DNA of 61,652 bases, the filler included. It is 5 parts of 5 records of this genome, joined end to end, with 100 filler letters (N's around TTAATTAATTAA, not from the genome) between each part and the next. Parts side by side here need not be neighbours in the genome. Positions count along the whole stretch, not along the records: positions 16,020 to 22,093 come from SRR20825019_610; positions 22,194 to 34,795 come from SRR20825019_615; 3 more parts are not named here. One strand, 5' to 3'. Made by a program: the position numbers and the translations under genes. The notes beneath the pieces were generated by a model. The model did not search any database. It was not told where the DNA came from and saw only the letters and a program-made list of their open reading frames with translations. This document shows positions 19,047 through 28,844 of this stretch, piece after piece (position 1 is the first letter of the stretch; the number at the start of each line of letters is the position of its first letter).

Positions 19047-20044
19047 GGTGCCGCCGCCAGATTTGGCTTGTTCTGGTAGAAGGTGCGGATCACCTCTTCG
19101 ATGTCGGGTTCCTCGAGCTTGACGTCCTTGAGGCCGTGGCCGCGGCCGACTTCGTTGAGCACATCGATGATCGAGACGGTTTCGTCTTCGAGGACGAAGT
19201 GCTTGGCGGCGCCGTCGTCTGCGGTCAGGGTTGCGGTGGAGAGCGCAATGGGTCCCGGGTCGGTGGCGAATTCGAGGGTCAGGCGGCGGCGGGAGCCAAG
19301 CGTGGCGCGGAGGTGCTTGAGCGCGCCGTCGAAGAGCAGCTTGCCATCGTCGACCATGATGAGGCGCGGGCAGATTTCCTCGATGTCGACGAGGTCGTGG
19401 GTGGTGAGGATGATGGTGGTGCCGCGCTCGCGGTTGATCTCGGCCAGGAACTTGCGCACCGCATCCTTGGCGACCACGTCGAGGCCGATGGTGGGTTCGT
19501 CGAGAAACAGGATTTTCGGATCATGCAGCAGCGCCAGGGCGATTTCGGCGCGCATGCGCTGGCCCAGCGAGAGCTGGCGCACCGGGCGATCGAGATAGCC
19601 GGCCATGTCGAGCATGGCGGTGAGAAAGGCGAGGTTTTCGGTAAAGCGGTCTTCGGGGATATCGTAGATGTGGCGGTTGAGATCGTAGCTGTCGCGCACT
19701 GGCAGATCCCACCAGAGCTGGCTGCGCTGGCCGAAGACGACGCCGATTTCGCGGGCATTGACCATGCGATTGGCATGGGGTTCGCGGCCGAGCACGGACA
19801 GGGTGCCGGCGCTGGGCGTCAGGATGCCGGTCATCATCTTGATCATGGTCGACTTGCCCGCGCCATTGGGGCCGAGATAGCCGACGGCTTCGCCGGGCTC
19901 GATGGCAAAGGAGATGCCGTCGACGGCGCGGATTTCGGAATAATCGCGGGAGAACAGGCTTTTTATGGCGCCGCCGAAGCCGGACTGGCGCTTGAGCTGG
20001 CGGAAGGTCTTGCCCACGCCAGAGGCGGAGATGATCGGTGACAT
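19043..20044 (-). CDS. ABC transporter ATP-binding protein
   Basis: Walker A GPNGAGKST, VFGQRSQLWWDLP, LSLGQRMR signature, Walker B LFLDEPT. Confidence 0.92.
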   Translation of the reverse strand: MSPIISASGVGKTFRQLKRQSGFGGAIKSLFSRDYSEIRAVDGISFAIEPGEAVGYLGPNGAGKSTMIKMMTGILTPSAGTLSVLGREPHANRMVNAREIGVVFGQRSQLWWDLPVRDSYDLNRHIYDIPEDRFTENLAFLTAMLDMAGYLDRPVRQLSLGQRMRAEIALALLHDPKILFLDEPTIGLDVVAKDAVRKFLAEINRERGTTIILTTHDLVDIEEICPRLIMVDDGKLLFDGALKHLRATLGSRRRLTLEFATDPGPIALSTATLTADDGAAKHFVLEDETVSIIDVLNEVGRGHGLKDVKLEEPDIEEVIRTFYQNKPNLAAAP

Positions 20045-20108
20045 CGGGTTCGCTCCCCTTGGGGAAGGGAAGCTAAACCGATTCTTTGCGCGCTGTGAGC
20101 GTTTTGGC

Positions 20109-20462
20109 TCAGCTGGCCATGTTGAACTGCTGCAGGTTGAGGATGGTCACTTCACCGTCCCATTCGGGCCAGTGCAGGCGGTGCAGTTCGACAAAGCGCT
20201 GGGTCCACTCGACGATTTCGGCGTCCGTATCGAGCTCGTAGATCGCGTAGCCGCCGACCTGTTCCTTGGCTTCGGCAAAGGGACCGTCGGTAATCATTTC
20301 GCCCTTGCGGGTGGTGACGGTGCCGGCCAGGGCCATGCCACCGGTTTCGATCATGCTGGCGCCGGCTTCCATGCCGAGCTGGACGATGGCGGCCATGAGG
20401 GCCGGCGGGGGATAGGGCGCAGTCTCAGGGTTGAGGGTTTTCACCATGGTGATGAATTTCAT
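20109..20462 (-). CDS. YciI/DGPF-family protein
   Basis: TDGPFAEAKEQVGGYAI signature. Confidence 0.85.
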   Translation of the reverse strand: MKFITMVKTLNPETAPYPPPALMAAIVQLGMEAGASMIETGGMALAGTVTTRKGEMITDGPFAEAKEQVGGYAIYELDTDAEIVEWTQRFVELHRLHWPEWDGEVTILNLQQFNMAS

Positions 20463-20492
20463 TGCGGGTCTCCTGGGGGTGTATGCCGATGC

Positions 20493-20519
20493 GACGGATG
20501 GGGTGGGCGGAATTCGACA
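20493..20519 (-). promoter_or_regulatory. Putative ECF42-type sigma promoter of the DGPF gene
   Basis: Minus strand TGTCGA-N17-CGTC about 30 nt upstream of the start; matches the motif described for ECF42 targets, which are DGPF genes. Confidence 0.5.
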
Positions 20520-20537
20520 TTTTTGATGGGCAATGCG

Positions 20538-20599
20538 CCCTCACCCGGCGCTGCGCGCCACCTTCTCCCCTATGTGGAGAAGAATAGGCCGGTGAGGGG
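20538..20599. repeat. CIR/RIME-like intergenic repeat
   Basis: CCCTCACCCGGCGCTGCGCGCCACCTTCTCCCC...GGAGAAG, closed by CCGGTGAGGG (inverted copy of the start). Confidence 0.6.
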
Positions 20600-20607
20600 C
20601 TGACGGT

Positions 20608-22093
20608 TCAGGTCCGGTTGAAGTGATCATACACCAGTTGTGCCATGGCTCTGGAGATTGTCGGCACCGCTTCGAGGTCGGTGAGGGAGGCGCGGGAGAC
20701 GGCTTTGGCGGAGCCGAAATGGTTGAGCAGAGCGCGCTTGCGGGCGGGGCCGATGCCGTCGATTTCGTCGAGCGGGTTCTTGACCACGTCCTTCTTGCGG
20801 CGGGCGCGGTGAGTGCCGATGGCGAAGCGGTGGGCTTCGTCGCGCAGGCGCTGCACATAGTAGAGGACGGGATCGCGGTGCGGCAGCATGAAGGCGTCAC
20901 GGCCCTCGATGAAGAATTTTTCGCGGCCGGCATCGCGTTCCTCGCCCTTGGCGATGCCGATGAAGGTGACTTCCTTGGGCAGGTTCAGCTCGGCGATGAC
21001 GTCGCGCACGGCGTTGAGCTGGCCGGCGCCACCATCGATGAACACCACGTCGGGCCAGTCGGGCATGCCGGTGTTTTCGTCCTCGGCGTCGGTCTGGCTT
21101 TCGGTGGCGAGGCGGGAGAAGCGGCGGGTGAGCACTTCGCGCATCATGCCGAAGTCATCGCCGGGGGTGATGTCGGTCGATTTGATGTTGAAGGTCCGAT
21201 AGTGCTTTTTGGAAAAGCCTTCCTCGCCTGCCACGATCATGGCGCCCACCGCATTGGTGCCGGAAATGTGGGAGTTATCGTAGACCTCGATGCGGCGCGG
21301 GGTTTCTTCGAGGCCGAAGGTTTCGGCGACGCCTTCGAGCAGGGTGCGGTTGGAGGCGCCTTCGGCCAGTTGGCGGCCAAGGGCCTCGCGGGCATTGTTG
21401 AGGGCGTGATTGACCAGATCGCGCTTCTCGCCGCGCTGCGGGGTTTCGATGCGCACCTTGCGGCCGGCGCGGGAGGATAGCGCTTCCTCGATCAGCGCGG
21501 GTTCGGCCATGTCATGGCTGAGCAGGACCAGCCTGGGCGGCGTGCGATCCTCATAGAACTGGACGAGGAAGGCCTCGAGCACTTCGGCATCGGTGAGACT
21601 GTCATCGGCCTTGGGGCGGAAGGCGTGGTTGCCCCAGTTCTGGAAGGCGCGGAAGAAGAAGACCTGCACACAGAACTGGCCGCCTTCGTGGTGGATGGCG
21701 AAGACGTCGGCCTCCTCGACAGCGCGGGCGGTGGCATCGCCCTGCGACTGGATGAGCGCAAGGGCCGAAAGGCGGTCGCGAATGAGGGCGGCGCGCTCGA
21801 AATCGAGATCTTCGGCGGCCTTGTTCATGTCGGCCTGCAGGTGGTTGCGCACCGCGTCGGACTTGCCGGAGAGAAACTGGCGCGCATCCGCGACCAGTTC
21901 GGCATAGCCTTCGAGGCTGATTTCGCGCGTGCAGGGGCCGGCACAGCGCTTGATCTGGTATTGCAGGCAGGGCCGGGTGCGGGCGGCATAAAAGCTGTCC
22001 GAGCAATTGCGCAAGAGGAACGCCTTTTGCAGGCTCGCTATGGTGCGGCTGACGGCGACGGCTGAGGCGAAGGGGCCGAAATAGTCGCCCTTG
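20608..22093 (-). CDS. uvrC: Excinuclease ABC subunit C, 3' part (5' end cut by contig end)
   Basis: [58 protein letters not shown], Hh[10 protein letters not shown]. Confidence 0.95.
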
Positions 22094-22193
22094 NNNNNNN
22101 NNNNNNNNNNNNNNNNNNNNNNNNNNNNNNNNNNNNNTTAATTAATTAANNNNNNNNNNNNNNNNNNNNNNNNNNNNNNNNNNNNNNNNNNNN
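22094..22193. other. Artificial contig spacer
   Basis: 44 N + TTAATTAATTAA + 44 N. Confidence 0.98.
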
Positions 22194-23323
<1,130 letters not shown>

Positions 23324-23428
23324 GCTTCTACATGTCACGCGCGTCCACCACCCGCATGAATAACTTTCCAAGATTTAAACCATATACCTGCACAATACCG
23401 CTCCGTCTCACCGGCAAAAGCGAATGAT

Positions 23429-24484
23429 ATGACACGAACTGTTGGCGAAGTAGTTGATTTGTTTTGTGGCGTAGGCGCGCTCAGCCATGGCCTTCGTCGC
23501 GCAGGGTTCGAGATCAAAGCAGGCTATGACATTGACGATGACTGCAAATTTGCCTTTGAGGAAAATAATCTAGCACCGTTCTTTTCTAGGGATGTATCAA
23601 GGCTGTTGGCTTCCGAGATTAAGGGACACTTTTCAGGGAAGGTGCCAAGCGTTCTTGCAGGATGCGCCCCTTGCCAGCCTTTCTCTACATACAAGCAACG
23701 ATATGATGAGGACCCACAGTGGTCTCTAGTAGGTAAATTTGCTGAGCTGGCTGTTGCTGTGCAGCCAGACTACATCACCATGGAGAATGTTCCCGCACTG
23801 CTAAAATATAAGGAAGGCGCGGTATTCTCTCATTTTAAAGAGAAACTTGCTACGGGCGGATACAACGTAAGCTTTAGTATCGCAAAGTGCGAGAACTACG
23901 GCGTCCCTCAACGCCGCCGACGTCTAGTAGTTGTAGCCTCTCGCAAAGGTCAAATCCCCCCCCTTGCACCACAAGTGACCTCTCCTCAAACGGTTCGCGA
24001 GGCCATTGGGCACTTAGTTCCTGTCGCCGCCGGCCAAGCCGACCCACTTGACCCCCTCCACACCGCATCTCGGCTATCGGAACTCAATGTACGCCGCATA
24101 AAGGCCTCGCGACCCGGTGGAACATGGAAGGATTGGCCCAACGAACTCGTCGCTGACTGCCACCAGAGAAGTACCGGGCAAACCTATCCCGGCGTCTATG
24201 CGCGAATGGAGTGGGACAGCCCTGCGCCAACGATGACCACCCAATGTTACGGGTATGGAAACGGACGATTTGGGCATCCCACTCAGGATCGGGCAATTAC
24301 CCTCAGAGAGGCGGCCATACTTCAGTCCTTCCCCCCTGAGTACAAGTTTGTGCCGGAGGGAAAAAAACCTTCCTTCAAGGCCGTGGGACGCTGGATCGGA
24401 AATGCAGTTCCTGTAAAGCTAGCCGAATCCATAGGATACTTGATCAGGGACACAGAGAGCCACGCGAATGAGCAACGAAACTGA
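23429..24484 (+). CDS. DNA (cytosine-5)-methyltransferase
   Basis: Motif I DLFCGVG, motif IV GCAPCQPFS, motif VI MENV, motif VIII GVPQRRRR, motif IX REAAILQSFP, motif X IGNAVP. Confidence 0.93.
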   Translation: MTRTVGEVVDLFCGVGALSHGLRRAGFEIKAGYDIDDDCKFAFEENNLAPFFSRDVSRLLASEIKGHFSGKVPSVLAGCAPCQPFSTYKQRYDEDPQWSLVGKFAELAVAVQPDYITMENVPALLKYKEGAVFSHFKEKLATGGYNVSFSIAKCENYGVPQRRRRLVVVASRKGQIPPLAPQVTSPQTVREAIGHLVPVAAGQADPLDPLHTASRLSELNVRRIKASRPGGTWKDWPNELVADCHQRSTGQTYPGVYARMEWDSPAPTMTTQCYGYGNGRFGHPTQDRAITLREAAILQSFPPEYKFVPEGKKPSFKAVGRWIGNAVPVKLAESIGYLIRDTESHANEQRN

Positions 24485-26132
24485 TGAAGAGAATTACCAG
24501 TTCCAGATTTCTCTAAGCGTCCTCAACCATCTCGGCCGAAACCTTTACAGAAGTTTCATAACCGTACTTGCGGAAGCCATATCAAACTCTTGGGATGCTG
24601 GTGCGAACAATGTTTGGATACACGTCGATAAGTCGAGTTCCACCTTTTGGATCATTGACGATGGGGGCGGAATGTCCCCCGATGATTTCCAAAACAAGTT
24701 TCTTAAGATTGGGTACTCGAAGCGGAAGACCCTAGGAGACAGAACCCAATCGGGACGACCATACATAGGCGCTAAGGGTATAGGAAAACTGGCGCTACTT
24801 TCCTGTGCACGACGGATAACCGTTGTTAGCAAAACCCTAAAGAGCGGACTTACCGGGGGTGTCATCGATAATGCCGGACTTGATGCGGCAATAAAGAACG
24901 ACCTCATTCCCGAAGATTATCCGCTCGAAACTCCAAGTCCGGACTTAGTTGCTCTGGCAGAAATTCCAGGTGAGCACGGAACTGCGATCTTTTTTGAGGA
25001 AACAAAAGATCAGATAAGAAACTCTGAGCAGCAAATTAGAAAGCTTCTTGCGCTCTCGTTCAGGTTCTCGCTGCACGATTCAATATTTATGTGAACGGCA
25101 CGAAAACATCTGCCGAAGACTTATCTGATCTTTGCAACACCACTCAGTTCCTATGGTCGATTAACAGATTTGGAGACGACTTTGTTGGTCGCCTTACGTC
25201 ACTGAAGGAGCCACCCCAACCGCTTGAGACGAAGCTTTCAATAACCGGCTTTCTGGCAACAGTGACAAAGCCGAGAGATCTAAAAATTACTGGAACAGAC
25301 GAGCGGGCAACCGTAGATCTATTTGTAAATGGACGAATAAGGGAAAGAAATATACTACGCCATGTACCAACCCAACGCATCGTTGAGAGTTATTTATATG
25401 GACAAATCCACTTCGACGAAATGGATTCTGACGGCGCCGACCCATTTACTAGCAGCAGAGAGGGGGTCGTTGAAGATGATCCGCGCTTTCAGGCGTTGCT
25501 TGATCTCCTCAAGCGTGACTTTCTCCCCAAAGTAATCGATCAATGGGATGAACTCCGACTTAAGCACAGAGAGGGGGGGCGACGAAGAAAACAAACGGAG
25601 GTCTAAAAAGGAACGAAAAGTTGCGGAGGCAGTATCAGCTGCGTCGGAAGAATTTGACGTTGGCGAGACAAAAGCAGCCAAAGATCAAATTGATCAGTGG
25701 CTTGGGGATTTGGCGACCGATGCTGAGTACAACATTTCATCATATGTTGACTGCTTCTTGGCGGAGAACCTGGTGCGCAAGTATCTTGCTGACACCCAGA
25801 CGCCACTGAGTACTGTGGCGCAGAAGGAAGCTAGAAAATGGAAGGATCAGGAGCAATTAAAAAGGCAAGAGGCGAACTTAAATTTCGAGATTCGCAAAGA
25901 TGTCTCTGACTTAAGCTATCTCGGGATGGATGAGCTATCAATTTCTGCTGAAGGCCAAAAAATGAAGGATGGAAAACCTACACCTCTATTTGCGGATGCC
26001 GTAAATTATCGCCCTGTTCGAAATGTCATAGGACACACGGGTCTACTTACTGCAAACGCAAAAACGTATTTAAGTTTGCGACTAGAGAACATCAAAGGAC
26101 GGCTTAAGGTAATGCTTAGGGCCATTCACTAA
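24468..26132 (+). pseudogene. GHKL (MORC-like) ATPase with putative C-terminal HEPN domain, split by two frameshifts (real or assembly error)
   Basis: ORFs 24468-25094, 25091-25606 and 25548-26132 join into one protein of about 550 aa; GHKL motifs EAISNSWDA, DDGGGMS, GAKGIGK, GT; S5-like LFVNGR..YLYGQIHFD..TSSRE; C-terminal ENLVR..LSYL..RNVIGH. Confidence 0.75.
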
Positions 26133-26246
26133 GCGCGCGGCCCGGGCATCGGAGGGCCGGAAGCCGTTCCGATCCGATCCAAAAAACTTCTCCCCGCCCC
26201 CACTCGCGTGCGCAACACTCTCCCCAAACCCTTTGGGAGACCCACC

Positions 26247-26612
26247 ATGCGCAAAGATTGGCGGCTCAAGCACGGCCGCATTCCCTTCAACCAGATTCCC
26301 TTCAATCAGCTCGACACCTGGCGCCATCTCAAGGTCGAGATCGACCAGCTTGAGGCCCGCTGGCGGCAATTGCCCGAGGCGATGCCGCCGTCACCCCTGC
26401 TGGTCGAGATGGTCCGCCTGTTGCGCGCCGATCTCTTTCACCTCGTCTCGCGCGAGGTCGGCGCCCGCGCCCTCAAGCGCCCGGTGCCCGACACTGCCGA
26501 CAAGGTCCTGCTGGCCCAGAACCTCGATGAGGCGCGCCTGGCCCTCACCCGCTTCCGCGAAGCACATTCCGCCCATTGGTCCGAGCGGGACGATCAGTGG
26601 CTGATTGACTAG
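26247..26612 (+). CDS. Hypothetical protein (121 aa)
   Basis: GGAGA RBS, host-like codon usage; 15-bp tandem duplication encoding IPFNQ twice. Confidence 0.6.
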   Translation: MRKDWRLKHGRIPFNQIPFNQLDTWRHLKVEIDQLEARWRQLPEAMPPSPLLVEMVRLLRADLFHLVSREVGARALKRPVPDTADKVLLAQNLDEARLALTRFREAHSAHWSERDDQWLID

Positions 26613-26752
26613 AATTATCCCAGCCCGCGAAAATCCAGTCATGCTGCACTCAAAAACGAGACAGCATGGAAAACGAGGCCAATTCTCCGGTAGCGACATC
26701 AATCTCTGGGATGATCACAAATGTCTGAACCTCTGTCTGAATCGGTGATCTC

Positions 26753-26992
26753 ATGAACATTGATCTCGCCCGCGCAATGGTCCGCACGGCTTTCGAAGCC
26801 AACCGCAGCCTGCAGGCCATCTTGCCCACGCTCAAGACCGAGCTGCCCGATGCAGACTATAAGGCTGCCGCCCACGATGTGGCGGTGGCCATGGATCAGG
26901 TGAACACGGCCCTCCTGACCCGCGCCATCGCGGCCCATCCTTCATTGGAGCAGGAAATAGACGACGCCATCCGCGACCATGGTCGGTACTGA
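26753..26992 (+). CDS. Hypothetical small helical protein (79 aa)
   Basis: GGTGA RBS-like site, GC3-rich codons; no recognised motif. Confidence 0.6.
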   Translation: MNIDLARAMVRTAFEANRSLQAILPTLKTELPDADYKAAAHDVAVAMDQVNTALLTRAIAAHPSLEQEIDDAIRDHGRY

Positions 26993-27153
26993 TGCGCCGC
27001 GGCCACTCTGCCACTCGCGCATAGCGATCATGGAGTGTCCCGAAGGGCAAGTCGCGCCGGCACGATGTGCGCGCCACGCCAGAATGGACGTCCGCACGCC
27101 TTGATGTCGCCATCCCCTTTGCGCATCAAGGCCCAAACACCTCCGGAGGCCCC

Positions 27154-27522
27154 ATGCGCGCCCGCACAGCATTCATCCTCGCCGCGCTCGCCAGTGCCGC
27201 CCTTGCCGGCCCGGCTCTGGCGCTCACCGTCACCGCCCGCGTTTCGGGTGGCAATATCGCTGTCCATGCCGGGCCCGATAATCGCTTCGAAATTGTCGGT
27301 CATCTGCGCGAGGGGCAGGAAATCCCCGTAGATCGCTGCACCCAGACCGACAGCGACAGCCGTGCCGGCTCCTGGATCGGCGACGCCGGCCACACCCTCT
27401 GGCCCAATGGGTCCACCCAGTGGTGCCGCATCCCCGACTACGGCTGGGTCGACCGCAGCTACATCGTCGGCCGGGGCCTCGTCAACGTCACCCCGCCCGA
27501 TTTCGTGGGGCCTGGGTGGTGA
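27154..27522 (+). CDS. Secreted SH3b-domain protein
   Basis: Signal peptide (..AGPALA), NIAVHAGPDNRFEIVGHL, C...WC...GWV..SYI; GGAGG RBS. Confidence 0.75.
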   Translation: MRARTAFILAALASAALAGPALALTVTARVSGGNIAVHAGPDNRFEIVGHLREGQEIPVDRCTQTDSDSRAGSWIGDAGHTLWPNGSTQWCRIPDYGWVDRSYIVGRGLVNVTPPDFVGPGW

Positions 27523-27547
27523 CTTCGCCGGCGGTGTGCGCAGCACA

Positions 27548-27636
27548 TGAAAGGCTCCGGTGGAGCCTTTCAAGCCTAGAAGGCCATGAGAGCTTGGAGC
27601 GCCCATAGGGGCAAATCTCTCCGGTGGAGAGATTTG
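27548..27636. repeat. Pair of 11-bp palindromes sharing a TCC-GGT-GGA core (REP-like)
   Basis: TGAAAGGCTCC-GGT-GGAGCCTTTCA (27548-27572) and CAAATCTCTCC-GGT-GGAGAGATTTG (27612-27636) between convergent genes. Confidence 0.7.
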
Positions 27637-27662
27637 AGCGAACAAGGCTCGAATGGCGAGCG

Positions 27663-28685
27663 CTACAGCCACCCAGCCAGTTCCCGCCGCACCATGGACT
27701 CGATAAAATCCATCCCACCGGGCGAGGCATTCAAACACGGGATATAGGCGAACTTCTCCCCGCCCGCTTCCATGAAGCTATCCTTGCCGCCCATGGCGAT
27801 TTCCTCGAGCGTCTCGATGCAATCCGCCGAGAAGGCCGGCGCCAGGATCGCGACCTTCTTCTTGCCCTGCCCCGGCAGCGCTTCGAGCGTCTTGTCTGTA
27901 TAGGGCTGCAGCCATTCGGTCGGCCCGAACCGGCTCTGGAACGTGACCATCAGCTTGTCCTTGTCCCAGCCCAGATATTCGCGCACCAGCCGCGTGGTCT
28001 TGTAGCACTGGCAATGATACGGGTCGCCGCGCTGGAGATATTCCACCGGCATGCCGTGATAGGAGGTAATCACCACATCCGGCTCGAAATCCAGCGCCGC
28101 AACCCCGTCGCGGATCGAATTGCCAAGCGTCTCGATATATTTGGGATCATCGAAATAGGCCGGCGCCGTCCGCACCGCCGGCTGCCAGCGCATGGTTTTC
28201 AGCGCATCGAACGCCTTGTCATTCGCCGTCGCCGTCGTCGTCGCCGAATATTGCGGATAAAGCGGCACCAGCAGGATCTTCTGGCACCCCGCCGCCTGCA
28301 TTTTCTCCAGCACCGACTGGGTCGAGGGATTGCCATAGCGCATGGCAAATTCCACCATGATCCCGTCGCCACTCAGCCGCTCGGCCAGGCTCTCGGTCTG
28401 CTCGCGGGTAATCACCCTGAGCGGGCTTTCGTTCTTTTCCTTGTCCCAGATCTGGGCATAGGCATGCCCGCTCTTTTGTGGCCGGAACGAGAGAATGACC
28501 AGATTGAGGATCGGCCACCACAGCAGCTTGTTGGTCTCGATCACCCGCGGATCGGAGAGGAACTCCTTGAGATACCGCCGCACGTTCCAATAATCGGTGC
28601 CATCCGGCGTCCCCAGATTCAGCAGCAACACGCCGATCTTCTGCTGGGGCACAGGCGGATGGTTCGGGGGGAGCTGAGCGGACAT
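27663..28685 (-). CDS. hemH: Ferrochelatase
   Basis: GVLLLNLGTP, YLKEFLSDPRVI, AMRYGNP, PLYPQYS, SYHG, FQSRFG..WLQPY, ADCIETLEEI. Confidence 0.95.
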   Translation of the reverse strand: MSAQLPPNHPPVPQQKIGVLLLNLGTPDGTDYWNVRRYLKEFLSDPRVIETNKLLWWPILNLVILSFRPQKSGHAYAQIWDKEKNESPLRVITREQTESLAERLSGDGIMVEFAMRYGNPSTQSVLEKMQAAGCQKILLVPLYPQYSATTTATANDKAFDALKTMRWQPAVRTAPAYFDDPKYIETLGNSIRDGVAALDFEPDVVITSYHGMPVEYLQRGDPYHCQCYKTTRLVREYLGWDKDKLMVTFQSRFGPTEWLQPYTDKTLEALPGQGKKKVAILAPAFSADCIETLEEIAMGGKDSFMEAGGEKFAYIPCLNASPGGMDFIESMVRRELAGWL

Positions 28686-28844
28686 CAAGCACCAGTTTGG
28701 AAATGTTCCAGAGTTCGCCGCACCATACGCATTTCGCTCCCCCGCGCAAAGCGGCTATGGGTCGCGCCGCGCCGGTGATCCAGTCCGGAGCGCTGCCAGC
28801 AAAAGTGGTGCCTTTGCGGTTCGGCAGCGCGACAGAACGGAGAC

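Larger units (their letters stand above)
23324..26140. other. AT-richer two-gene accessory island downstream of uvrB
   Basis: Abrupt change to AT-richer sequence and codon usage versus both flanks; no integrase or transposase seen; boundaries approximate. Confidence 0.7.
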
